A stretch of DNA of 64,000 nucleotides from assembly GCF_018977255.1 (NCBI RefSeq), contig NW_024704743.1, forward strand, positions 89,902,001-89,966,000. Direction: 5' to 3'. Within the stretch, counting starts at the first letter, position 1, and each line of letters starts with the position of its first letter. The position numbers and the translations under genes are program-made. The stretch comes from Callorhinchus milii (Eukaryota). The notes beneath the pieces were generated by a model that saw only the letters and a list, made by a program, of their open reading frames with translations, made no database searches and was not told where the DNA came from. Shown here in pieces: positions 24,044 through 36,990 of the stretch.

Positions 24044-25512
24044 CATTTGGTTCTAGGTTTATTTTGCTTAATATTGATTTCCCTGGTTGTCTAACTAAAT
24101 TAAATCATAGTGATCTGGAAACAAACCTGAAGCCTCCAGGCTGATTGCTAAAAGCTAACCTTGTGGCACGAGAAAGGACGGATTTGGCTCTCCTGCCCTG
24201 GGAAAGGAATATTAAACAGAAATCCAACAAAATTCCAAGTTCAAGCCTAACATTTACAAGTTCAAATCTTTGTTGCCTCAGAGACACAGAATGACGGCAC
24301 TCAGAGGATCTTGAAGAAAAAGTCACTCCTGGAGAATAGCTCACCAGACAATGTTCCTTAAAGAGTTGCTAAAATAAGTGTAGAGTGTCTTAGAAACATC
24401 ACAAGTGTTACCCCAGCAAGTATATATGTGGAAGGAACATAATAATAGGTCAAATAGCTTTTCTTTGTTCCATACTTTCTTATATTTTTCCATATCTGTT
24501 TATGTGATAAAGAGAGAGAGAGAATTGTAAAGTTGGAAGGAGGAGGCATACTAAGAGAAGGATAGCACAGTGTTTTTCATAGGATATTTAAGTTTACAAC
24601 AACAAATTGAATTTATATAGCACCCCTCACCCGGGATAGCGTACCAGAACATTTGTAATAATATCTTACCTATATATTGTTATGTGTAGGGTTTGTATAA
24701 ATTTATAGACTAACAGACAACCATTTGTTTACAGCAACATCCCAAAAGTAGCTTTTTTTAATGCTTAAGAGTATCCAAACTATATAGAGAATTCCATGCA
24801 CCCCACTTACACCTGGAAATTCCAGAGACCATGAGCTCAAAGTCTCCAATGTAGGGCTTCACAACCTACTGGTCCGGAGGTGAGAGTGCTGCAAACTGAG
24901 CCAGACTGACAAATAAAATGAGCCAAGCTGACAGGTTTCTTACTTTATAGCTGATCCGAAACATCATTCAAGTTAGCTCAAGCAAAATGTATTGTGTTAT
25001 GACTGTGCATTTTATGTGAAATTTCTTCATCATTCATTAAGAAAATGAGTTGCCTATAAATGATCAGTCTGTGCTCCTTATTTACTTACCTAAACGGCTT
25101 CTTTGAAGCCTTTCAAGCAAGAAATTAAATTGCTGGTTTGAAATCTCAGTACTGGTGAAAATATGTCTTCCCCTACTTTTTAGTACCAATGTTTGTGAAT
25201 ACATTAAAAGCCTTACAACAAAAATTGGACTTGGAGAATTGGGTGTCTTTTACTCGGTTCATTCCTTATCTCAACCAGGCTGTGTATACCATACCTTTGG
25301 GGTGGAGTAGCTTCCCCACAGGGATGGGGGCAATAATAAAGCTAATAAAAGATTGTTAATTTAAGGTGCTGTCATCTCTTAACATTAATAATAACAGATC
25401 AACATCCATGGGAGACAACAGGAGACAATCATCTGCTTGCTTTTTGCCCTGAGTGCTAACCAAATGATGGACTGGCTGGTTTTAAACAGCTTTAAAACTG
25501 AGTATATATGTT

Positions 25513-25865
25513 ATAATAATCCTTGCATTTGATATAGCTCCTTATCACACCATTAAGATGTCTCAAAGCGTTTCATACTGTAAATTGGTTTGACTATATA
25601 TTTTGCCGGTGAATCCCGGCAGCCAGTTGCGCACAGCAGTGTCCCACAAAAAGCCATGGAGTGAGTGATCAGTTTTATTTGGGGGATTGTTGGCCAGGAC
25701 ACCGGTAGAAACTCCCTTCTCTTTTTGAATAGTGCCATGAGATCTTTGACATCCACGTGAAAAGGCAGACAGGACCTAGGTTTAACATCTCACCTGAAGG
25801 GCAACACCTCCAACAATACAACACATGTGCAGCACTGCATTGAAGTGTCAGCTTAGACTATGTTA
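25513..25865 (-). mobile_element. Older Deu-type SINE
   Basis: Reverse complement contains GTCTGCC..GTGGATGTCAAAGATCTCATGGCACTATT and the shared SINE tail. Confidence 0.7.
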
Positions 25866-27720
25866 TGTTTAAAATCACCGTGCGGCTTAAGAACTAAACT
25901 GTTCTGGGACTGCAATACTGAGAGACCACATCGTGTTAGGGTACAGGGTTGGGGAGAGGGGGGGGGTGGAATAAACAGGGGGAGGGGGGGTTGTTTTGAA
26001 AATAAATGATTCTCTGCAAGATCAAGTCAGTGAGATGTTACCAGTGTCTATATGAAAACAGGGTAGTAACAGTTCACAATCAGAGATAAAATGAAAGCTT
26101 CTACCCGGTCAGCAAGAGGCAAAAATACATTCAGATTAGCCTCAGGATATCAAATTGGAAAGATACCTCTTTGCACTATCGGGTTGTTTTAAACAGTAAT
26201 TAGCAACAACGTTACCGTATTTTGTCCACTAACTGGCATTTAACTATCGGATATTGAACCTGTTCCATTTTACATACGTCAGCAACGCAAGAAACACAGA
26301 GACTAAAGGCCTAAATGTGCGATATCCTCTAACACGTTACATACAAACAATACATTACTGTATGAAATGTTGCAAATTTATGTCCAACAAGGTCTCTAAA
26401 TAAATACAACAATGAATGCCACAGCACATATACTGTATTTCGTGCATAACTTATACCAGTTTATTTTGCAAATGAGCCATATTGATCATTTTCTGCATAA
26501 ATGAATACCATCATGCTACTCGCTCTATTCAAAATTTCACCCCGATTTCCGTCACAAGTGGGCTAGAGCAAACTCTTTATAATTGCCTTTTCAAGTGACA
26601 GTTCTGTTGCTAGGCAGCCAACAACTCCCCATTGGGAGACAAAAGGAAAGCTGTGAAAAGCTTCAATTTTCTCAGTTCATGTGTAGATAACTGACTGTCA
26701 GATAAGGCAGGCATCTCACAGTGATGCAAGACCCCATTAATGCAAAGTGTAAACAGCAAAAGAACTCGAAAGAAGGTCAAGTTTCACATGAAAGAACACG
26801 AGCCCCACTTTGAGTGTAAATTGACAGGCATTTTAATCAGAAGGTAAAAACACGTGTATCCTCACAGAGTCCTGAATCCTTTCAAGACAGCTTTGTTGAT
26901 GTGATGACAGCATAGAATTCATTCACACACTATAATAGCTAATAATAAGCATATTGCTTTCAAAATGTGAGAACAATGTCAAATAGTGTTTCAAGAAAAT
27001 GTAAGGTAAGGGATATTCAGTACTGTGTGAGCTATTGGGAGGAAAAAAACACACTTAAACACAAATACTTCTTAGATGCAGCCTCTGCACACAGTTACAG
27101 AGATGAAACAACTTGGCACCTTGAACAAAAAATAAATATTGGACTTTACCATGGCTAAGATATTGAAAAATTACAAATGACCATTTCAGATGGATTTACA
27201 GTTAACTTTACACAATGTAAATGGTGTTGGGAATTATTATAACTGCACATTTCTTTCAGTTCTACAATAAATCTAGCAGTATGTCTTTTTAATAAAAAAT
27301 AATTTTGCTTTGGGATTTTTCAAAAAAAATTTAAAATCTTTGCCAATAGTTTAGCCTTGGCAAAAGTAATATTACATTGTGTTAAGAATCTATGATCTTC
27401 ACTCGACTAATGTGAAGATTATCACATACAATATGAACGATTCAACCAGTTTTATGAGCTTTATGTACACGGCGGTAATGGGGAAAACTGATTTGTAGCG
27501 TCAAAGGAATGAACATTCTTCAAAAAAGTCTTATTCTTCAACCTGCATACCTCCTAATAGGAAGGTGCCTGCTATTTTTAGCAAGGAAAACTATTTTATC
27601 TCTTTGTTTCTCATTTTAAATGATTATTTTATTTGTTTAACATTGACTTTCATCCAGCCTCCCCAGGATACTACAAGTAAAAATACAGTGGAAGCAATAT
27701 GCTATTACAATACAATTCAA

Positions 27721-27903
27721 CAACAACAACAACAACAAGATTTCATTCATAGAGCGTCTTTCACGTCGGGAGGACGTCCCAAGGCGCTGGACAGTTGGGT
27801 CGGGACCCGAGCAGGGGGGAATTAGTCAGGGTGAGGGGAGGGAAGGGAGGGAGCGAGGAGGGGGTAGAGAGTCGAGAGGGGAGCTGAAGGCACGGGCAAA
27901 GAG
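27721..27903 (-). mobile_element. Young L2 3' fragment with target-site duplication
   Basis: About 90% similar by eye to 496-685; AATTCAACA repeated at 27714-27722 and 27904-27912. Confidence 0.88.
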
Positions 27904-28481
27904 AATTCAACACTTATATGTAAATTACAATATTCAGGAACGTTGGTGTGAGAGCGAGAGCGATGGAGTGCGAATGAATGCAAGAGAGTAAGGGAAGACA
28001 GCAAGTATGCATGTGTTTGTGTGTGTGTGTCTGAGGTGGAGAATATATGAGAAACGTAAGTAATGAATATAGTCAGCGGAATATACCAAGCATTCTCGAT
28101 AACATCATCCCAAACATGAAACAGAAGAGATCTAATTAGCTTGTGCAGCCTTTCTATTGCTGTGTTTTATGCCTGATTAAAATTGCACTGGAGCTAAGTG
28201 TTACAATCGATCAAGGAAATGAGAGGCAGCTTAACACTATGAGGAATAGGGAGTCTTAATGACAAATTTATTGCTTCTTTGTCTGCCACTAAAATGATTC
28301 CTCAGGCATTAATAAACAATAGAAATTCAAGCAAGCAGATAGATATAGGGATTTTATAACAATTTGCTCTGTTATACCATCCCACTAAGACAATGGAGTC
28401 TGAAAATTTCAGGCTTATTTGACAAGAATGGTCAATCAACAGGTACCGAATTTGAGAGACTTTTCCCGCAAACGGTTTTAC

Positions 28482-28620
28482 CTCCATCATCTTCATCGAA
28501 TGAATTCATGCAGGGGAAATAGACGGCCAAGGCTTCAAATGATGCAGAGAGGCTTATCCGGCTTTGGGACCTCTGCATTCGCAAGCCAGCATTGCCCGGG
28601 TCTGGCCCCTGTCTAACCAT
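28482..28620 (-). CDS. RIMS2: RIM2gamma-type alternative first coding exon (MVRQGPDPGNAGLRMQRSQSRISLSASFEALAVYFPCMNSFDEDDG)
   Basis: Matches the RIM2gamma/RIM4gamma N-terminal motif RSQSRxSLSASFEALAxYFPCMNS. ATG is in strong Kozak context (ccaagATGG). The exon ends at donor G|gtaaaa in phase 1, compatible with the next exon. Confidence 0.9.
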
Positions 28621-29350
28621 CTTGGTCGACCCTCCTTTCGCGCGGTACAGGACACGAGGCGTCTTGGCGGTTGATCAGTACAGCACCAAGTCAGAAATAT
28701 CCCAGGGATACTTTCCCTGTACTCTGGATGGTCAAAGACTCTCCCCTCCCTAACCCTTTGGCTGCTGCTGATGCTGGACAAATGCACTTTGGAGATTAAT
28801 TGGACAACCGAGATACAGCACCAATTCTTTGAAGAAAAATGTTCTGCAGCATGAAAACAGGAAGTCCAGATTGTGTTCACTCTGAGAACGAGTATACGCT
28901 GAGAAACTGCACTCTTTCTCCCAAAAGCGAATGAAGAAAAGAAGCTGGTAGACTTCTCTACTCACTCTCCATCTGGAGCTCTCTGGCTCCTCCTTTACGT
29001 TGCTGAATGATTCACCAGAGAGAGCTGTGAGGATGCTGACTCAAACACTGCTACCTTCTGTGCTGACCAATTGTAGTGTGAGAGGAGGAGAAAGCATTTT
29101 GCACCCTCCAGCACAGACAGCTCTTCCTGAATCAGCCAGCGCTTGTATTTTTGTTAGTAAGCAGACGATGAGTTCTTTCAGGGAATAATCAGGTGGCTGT
29201 AGTTTGTGATCTTGAAGTGATTAGTTATCACAGTTCACTCACTGATCAAAAATCCCTTGAGGCAGCAAAGCTTATTTTGCAAAGACAATCAACCAGGAAA
29301 CATTAGCCTCAGGATTCAATTCCGAAGGGAACAAAAGTACCTCAGAAATA
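28621..29350 (-). promoter_or_regulatory. Putative gamma-isoform 5'UTR and internal promoter region
   Basis: Repeat-free sequence directly upstream of the gamma first exon. RIM2gamma is known to use an internal promoter. The TSS cannot be placed from sequence. Confidence 0.5.
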
Positions 29351-29389
29351 CTCATTATATTTTCTACAATCATTAGGTGTTTTCCTTTC

Positions 29390-29700
29390 ATAACAACAAC
29401 AATAAATTGCATTTATATAGTGCTTTTCGGAGGATGTACTGGGTATTTGAGGGTTTGCACCCAAGCTGGGGGTTGGAGGCTAAGGGGGTGGGATGGGAAG
29501 ATGACCAAAGGTGTGGTCAGAGAGGAAGGTCTTGAGATGGACCTTGAAGAAGACAACCAAAGAGGTGAGGGAAGGAACTCTGGGATGGAGATCCAGAGAG
29601 TGGGGCCAGAAAGACTGAAGGCCTGACTGCCAATGGTGTGGTGAGCAGGGCAGTGAATGTGAGGCAGGCCAGTGTCTGCTGAGTGGAGGAAGCAGAAACT
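29390..29700 (-). mobile_element. Diverged L2 3' fragment
   Basis: (CAA)n tail and GGTCTTGAGATGG / GGGATGGAG..CCAGAG segments shared with the other L2 copies. Confidence 0.65.
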
Positions 29701-30821
29701 AATTCCAGTTGCTATTGTGGATATCCACCCACAGAGAATGTTATGTGAGTGGCCATTTGCTGGGATACCAGTTTAACTCTGTTTCTTTGTCGAGTTTAGA
29801 CAGTGTCCCGGGCACCACCAGCATGTTGTAACAGCAGCCGCAGGGAGCTTTAAACTCTGGGAGTAACCTCTGTGCCATGTCAGGATGGCGGAGAGTAACA
29901 CATTTGGCCAGACAACAACAGGTTGGTACTTTCAGGCCATTATAACATAAGAATGTATGGTGATCTGAACATGATGACTCAATATAATGTACCAAACTCA
30001 TTGGCTTCATTTTCAGGACATACTGACACCATTGTAATTGCCTTTCAAGTCTTTATATTACTCAGTACAATCTGTTCCAGATCAATTTTTACATTTCTTT
30101 CCCCCTCCAAATTTCTTTCAATGGCACTGACTTAAATTGTCCTCCACAACCTCCTCACCCCAAGTTCCCCATTTTTATGTGTGAATTAACAACTGCTGGC
30201 TGACAGACTATTGGACCACGAGGTCCATCACAGTCAAGCTTGATCCTGTCCTCACTCAACTGCAGCACACATGCACTTGTCAACACAGCTACTGGATAGT
30301 AAGGGCCAGGAACATGCATGGCTTTACCCCAGAGGGTTTGAAGCCACTGTAGCACCCTTATATGTCTTCTGGCTGACATTAGCGAACTCAGTATGGCCTA
30401 GTGGTTTCACACCATTAAGGATAGTGGTATAATATCACAAGGTTGGTTTCAAATAACCATTATTTCTTGAGTTATTTGGTCTTTTTTTAATTCTTTTAAA
30501 ATTAATTTTAATTTTTTTAATTCTTTTTGACCGTACCCCGCACTGTGGGTTTTGGCCTTTCATCTAGAACTATAGATACTTACAGTACAGAAGGAGGCCA
30601 TTCAGGCTATCATACCTGTTCTGGCTCTTTGAAGTTGTTTACCATTTAGTTCCATTCTCCTGTCGTTTACACATATCCCGTTATATTTATCTTTTTCAGA
30701 TTTTTAAGTAATTCCCTCTTAAAAGCTAGTATGACTTCTGCCTCAACCATCACTCTGTACAGGGCACTCCAGATGCTAGCAAATCATCTTATAAAATCAT
30801 TAATGTCTCCTAATATCTCCC

Positions 30822-31141
30822 TTAATAATAATAATAATACTTGCATTTGATATAGCGCTTTTCACGTCGGGAGGACTTCCCAAAGCGCTTCACAGAACAC
30901 ACTGTAAAGTGAATTGACTGTATATTTGTGGGCAAACGCGGCAGCCAATTGCGCACAGCAATGTCCCACAAACAGTCGTAGATTGAAAATGACCAATTTA
31001 TTATTGTTTTTGGTTTTGGAGGGATTATTATTAGGCGTGTGGAGTAAGGAAACTTGCCCAAGGTTTCGCCCTCTGCCTGGAATTGAACTCAGGTCTCTCG
31101 CTTGCAAAGCGAGTGCTCTAACCACTGAGCTACAGGACTCC
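30822..31141 (-). mobile_element. Full-length young tRNA-Ala SINE
   Basis: About 8 differences in ~315 nt from the 23717 copy, in opposite orientation. Confidence 0.92.
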
Positions 31142-31194
31142 TTGAAGGAAACCTAAAAGAAAAGCAATCCACTCTGATGCTTCAAATTGCACTT

Positions 31195-31394
31195 TAAGCC
31201 AATTTTATCTTCAAATTTAACATTGGGTAAAATTGTGGAATATTCTTAAATTAGTTTTAATTTGGAAACCAGTTTCCCACAGTTATTAAAAAGAACTGAA
31301 TTAAGACTGAATTAAGTTTTTTCCCCACAATTTTTCAAAATATAAAATTTTAAGACAAAATGGTCTTACTGGTTAAGACTGAGTAGAATTTCAG
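31195..31394. mobile_element. Degenerate palindromic MITE-like element (partial)
   Basis: Similar to 50400-50615 and ends in the same AGAATTTCAG terminus. Confidence 0.55.
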
Positions 31395-34199
31395 ACCTTA
31401 TAGAAAGTTACGGCACAGAAACAGACCATTCAGCCCATCGAGCTTCTCTGATGATTGCTCTATATAAATCATCTAATTCCATTCTCCTCCTTCGTTCCAG
31501 TTCATTTAATATACCTCTATTCCAAGGATCTATCATTTTAAAATAATTTATAGATTCTGCTTCAATTATGGTTTCTGGTAGAGTATTGCACATTCCAACC
31601 GAAAACAACAGATTGAATTTATATAGCACTTTTCATGTCGGGAGGATATCCTAAGCCTCTGGACAATCGAAGGTTTGCACCAGAGCTGGGGATTGGATTT
31701 GGGATGGGTCAGGGCCAAGGGGGATGATGACCGAAGCTCCAGACACAGTAAAAATTACAGGAAGCTAACTTTTTTAAGATGGCTTCCAACACTGCTTTCA
31801 GGCTAAAAAATAAAGTTTTAAATTTGGTATTCCCTCAGACGTTCCTATTGTGCTGAGGCCACAAGGGTTTAATACTAACAGCTAGGACGTAGAATTATTG
31901 AATTTGACATGATGCATTATTACGTTGCATTTAAGTACTTGCATATAAATTTTGGTGTAATTTACTTTAATTACTATTATTGCTGGAAACATTGTGCATC
32001 TATTTTACATCTATTTTAATAATGAAAAATTATTACTTTTAGTGATTGTTATATAATAATACTAATCTTAGTATTTGATATGGCGTCTTATTTCAATTAA
32101 ACTATCTCAAAAGCTTCATATTATTTGCTGATAAACGTAATGACTGTGCTGGTCATTTGTAGGTGAATGTGGCAGCCAATTTGCCCACGTCCCACAATGA
32201 GCCAAGAAGGAAATGACAAATGTGACTGGATGATTTGTTAAGCGGGAAACCAGGAGAAACTCCCTCTTCTTAGAATAGTGTAACCACTTGTTTAATGTCC
32301 ACCCAAACAGGTAAACGAGAACTCGGTTTTAATGTTTCATCAAAAGGTTGGCGTCTCCCATGGTTAATAAACAGTTCAGAACTTCTACTGGTGAATTAAT
32401 GCCACTCAGCTGTTATGAACCAGGCACAGTTTGTTCCAACATCTGTCACATTTAACACTTTTTGTAATTTATTGATTTTGCAGATTGCAATGAAAAGGCA
32501 TTGTTTTCTATTCTGCAATAGCTGTTTGGGTGTTATTCTGCAGACAAATTATACTTAATACTGTATAGAAAAAGAAGAATTAAATAAAGAAAGAATCCGT
32601 CTGCCTGGCAGTGAATTACAGCGTGTAATCCAATTCAAATTGACTTTAACAATTTTGAGCGGTTTATTAACTGTATTCCAACCTTGAACACATCTTGATA
32701 TTCATTACTTGCTTAACTTTTGAAATTTAAAACGGAAATCATAGTACCCAGTATTGTGGGTTTTATGAAATGGTATTAATCTCCTTTATGGTAGAAATGC
32801 TGCATTAACAATGGAAATAATGGGATGAAAATGCGATAATCTATGTCACATCGTTGAGACTGGACTTCCAGCTATGCCCAGTTGACAACTGGATGTAAAA
32901 AGTTTCAAAGGTATCACCAACCAGTTTATCAGCTACCACATGACGTTGCAAACCCAGCCAGTTACACACAGTCAGAGGATGGTCACTCTGTCATTGAATG
33001 GAAAATCAATTAATTATCACCAATTAATACATCAAGGATCATACTTTCCTCTGATGAGAATAGATTAAGAGAGGAACTTTAGACAACACCATAGAATGCA
33101 TGAACATTGAGGTGGGGGAACATCTTTTCAATGTGGAGCATTCAGGTGCATTCAGGTCTTGAAAGCTCCAAAGCATAAATCAGAAGTTGCTGTGCTAGTT
33201 GCCCAAGAAAGTTTACTCAACTGATTTGTCTGGACTTATAGAAAGGCCTCCAATGCCATGCAATAATTTGCCATAATGAGGATATCTAGTCCAGATGAGA
33301 GACCTAACTCTTCAACTGCACAAATGTCACCACCCCCTTCCCTAGTTCTGCCACTGCTCAGCTGTATAAGACACTGTCCTGCATGAAGGGCTCTGTATGC
33401 AAGTTGTTTTTTCAAGGCAAGGTTCCAGCGGGTCATTGTGATGTACCTTCATTTACTGGTAGGAGTCCCCACTCAGGTTCCTTAACTATGAATTCACATT
33501 AGAAATGTCCCCTTATTAGATTCCCATGACAATAGGGGCACATTTGTGCATAATCCACATTTCTACCATGAGCACTGACAGTTACATCTAAACATTTTGC
33601 ATGAATCCAAAACTTTGACACAGAATACCAGGCGCTAAAGGTTCACGCTCTGCTTCTACTGTGTGGAATTCTCTCCCAGATGGCATCCTTGCCTTGAATC
33701 CCCCAATGGGTATACAGAAACAACACACTGTTTTAATCAACCGTTGTTGAATCTGGGGTGATGGGAGCCTAGCAATCGACAGCAGGAAAAATGTTCCTCC
33801 CTAATACAATCTGCACAAGTTTTTCCATGTTTCTCTCTTAAATTCATGAGACATCTGTTATATTTTTTCAGAGAGCATCCTGTTGCTGTGCCACTTAAAT
33901 TTACTAAAACAACATTCTGTTGCATTGTGATTCAGTGCAATAGCTTTTCTTCAGATTACTTTCTTAATGTTTTTAAGCAGCACAGTCCATTGATTAACTA
34001 AGACATATATCCACCCATCACTGGCCATCTTCACTCCAAGAACCTTTGCTTCCTTCCCTTCCTTCTCTGCCCTTTTTGTGCTGGTGCTCTTCCTTGCTTC
34101 ATTTAAAAACACAGGACTGAAATATGCATTTTATCTTTTACCCTTTACTGCTTGCTTCCCAGGTTCTTGAAAATCATGCAGATCAAACAGTATAGGCCA

Positions 34200-34590
34200 G
34201 CAGTGTGAGAACAGAAATGAGCAACAAATAGACTCTTTGGCTCTTCATTCTTAAGAGAAGGCAACTCAGAGGGCTCTTCATATAAGGGTATAATATTTTA
34301 AATTGGACAAAGTACAAAACTTTAGGATGCACCAAAACAGTAGAACAAGAAGATATAAGTTTAGAGTTGCAAAGGGCAATTTGAGGACAGATAACAGGAA
34401 GTTCTTCTTTATTTAGAGTGTAATTAATGACTGGAACAAGTTACCAAGAAGGGTGGTTGAGGCCAGGATACTGGACTCATTTAAAAAGTAGCTTGATGCT
34501 GTGATAGAAGAATTATAGGGTTGGTATTCTGGAAGGATGAGATTAGATGGGCCGAAGAGCCTTCTTCATCCAAACCGATCTTGTGAGGTC
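34200..34590 (+). mobile_element. Old CR1 3' end
   Basis: RTDNRKFFFI.SVINDWNKLP remnant followed by the GATGGGCCGAAGAGCC...ATCTTGTGA terminus. Confidence 0.65.
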
Positions 34591-35151
34591 AACGTGTCTT
34601 GCTTTATTACTGACCATACATGTGTAAGTTCTGTTATCAGACAAGTTATCAGATGACACTCCCTTTTCACAACACCCATTTAATGTTGCTCTCCAAGAAA
34701 ATTGCCACATTTATTATAAATCTAAAATGGAAAGATTAAAATCAGTAACATTCTCACAAAAAGTTCTGCTTTATTGTCAAAAGCAAAACTCTAAACCTGA
34801 TTGCACTTGAATGGAAAGGTAAATGGAATATAAGCACTGCCATAGGCAAGTCAGGATGAATGGTCGGTTTCCATGCTTTAAAGTTCATATAATTCTATAT
34901 AAGTCTACGATTCTATGAAGTTTACATTTGGCATCCCACAATGTAATTTCCATTTGTTAGTTATTTTGCTTTTAACAAATTTTAGATCTTAAAACATCTT
35001 GATAGAGCTGTTTGGCAAATGATCCGATTGTACAAGATTCGCCTAATGCAAATCCCAAATTGTCAAAGTCGGAAAAAAGGCCAGCAAGCAACACAGTTTA
35101 TTTTGCTGTCCTTTTATTGTGAACCCTTTGGTGAATCACATAAAGCTCAGA

Positions 35152-36030
35152 TGTCAACCTGGCTCGGTTGGTAACACTGTCGCTTCTGATTCAGTAGGTT
35201 GTGGGTTCAGCCCTACGACAGGACATTTTGCTCTTAGACTAATGTGACACTCAAAAACAGAACCAGCAAGGGTGCTTGTCAGAAACGCTGTCTGTTAAAT
35301 TAAGCTTCCATCTGAACAGGTGGATGTTAAAATTCCAACAACATTAGAGTCAAGGGAATTTCTTCTGGTTTTCTAGTTAATCTTCTGGTCAACAATGAAT
35401 TTAATCATTCATTCATTTCATGGCTGTCTGTGGGACACTGCCTGTGTGTAAAACTGGCTGCTAATTGTGCTTACAAAATACAAAGTTAATTGCAATTCAA
35501 TGTAGAGCACTTTGAGATACTTGGACGTTATAGATGTCATAGCAAATGCAAGGATTTATAAATTAACTCTATTATCTCACTGAATGTGTTAGGCTTCATA
35601 GAAACCTAGCTCAGTTGTGTTAGCCTGGCTCAGCTGGTAGCACTGTCGCCTCAGAAGGTTGTGGGTTCAAACCCCGCATTAGGTCTTTGAACTTACAGTC
35701 CAAGTTGAAACTCCATTGCATTGTTGGAGGTGCTGTCTTTCAGATAAGATGTTAAATCAAAATCAAAATCCAGTCTGCCTGTTCAGATGGATGTTAAAGA
35801 TCCCATGGCACTATTCGAAAAGAAAAGGGAGTTTCTCCTGATGTTCTGGCCAACAATTTCACAAATAAAATTGGTTATTCACTTCACAGCTGTTTATGTG
35901 TTCAAATAGGTTGCTGCATTCGCCTACAAATACACAGTCACTAAACTTTACAACATATCCTGTGAACCGCTTTGAATCAACTTCCTAACATGAAAGACAC
36001 TATAGCAAATGCAAGAATTATAATATTATT
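35152..36030 (+). mobile_element. Two tandem older Deu-type tRNA SINEs (35152-35560 and 35620-36030)
   Basis: Each has a TGGCTCAG.TGGTA head, a GTGGGTTCA box B, a GGATGTTAAA core and an AAATGCAAG.ATT tail. Confidence 0.72.
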
Positions 36031-36724
36031 TTGTGGACAGTGACATCTGATTCGAAATGACATTCACACAGATAAACTGTTCTGATTCAGAGCTTGGGAT
36101 TCTGACTAGTATGTTTACTACACATCGGTGCTATTTGAGGCAACGCTAGTGATTTTAGCTTCATGCCCTGAAGCAGTGATGCTGTGTCACTGCAGCTATG
36201 CCAAACATCCTCATCCTGTTGTGAACAATAGCAGTTACATTGGTTCAAGCACGAGAAACACAGCTGATGAAGCACAACAGAGACTTATCAGACTAACTTT
36301 GGTAGCCAAATCTAGGAATTTATGAATTTGAGAAGGATTCATGAAAAATTAAGGATTCAAATTTGAAAAGATATATAAAATACATTCAATCCATACCCTT
36401 TGAAGCACTTTGAGATGTCTCAACAATATAAGACAGTATATCAAATGCAAAGATTATTAATCTTATTATACAAATTGCACAAAATGGAATGAAACCAAAA
36501 GTAGACTTACTTAAGAAGGTAAATTAAAGCAAAACCAAAGAAATGCAAAAGAGATAGAGAATGAAGGTTATAAACATGTGTAAGTGGATGAGAGGATTAA
36601 CTCGATGGATGATTCGCATACTAATGCATTGATAGCACTAATACTAAAGTAGTCATCCCCTAAACTATACCTCATGTGGGTGAGTGATTTTGCAGGTTAC
36701 ATTCAGCCTTCAATTGTAAAGCAA

Positions 36725-36990
36725 TCCCTGGTTGGCTCAGCAAGTAAATGTACTACCTGGAGCAAAATTGAATGCTACAGACCAGGAAGGTGCCAGGTTT
36801 TGATGCCGGTACTGTGCTGAATTAGCTGATCTAATCCAGGGTGGCAGGTGGAAGTGGAATTAGCCAGAACTGATGGCCATAGAGGAGAAAAAATAAACAT
36901 CTAACTGCTGATCACTACCCATTGCTGGAAAGTGCATCTACTTGTTTGAATGTGTGCTCATGCATATTGGGAGATGGGACAGGTCTTGTT
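36725..36990 (+). repeat. Old unclassified SINE-like repeat (related copies ~18380-18580 + and ~30225-30400 -)
   Basis: Shared ACAGACCAGGAAGG..CCAGG, GCTGA.TTAGCTGATCT and GAGGAC.AG blocks, seen by eye. Confidence 0.45.
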
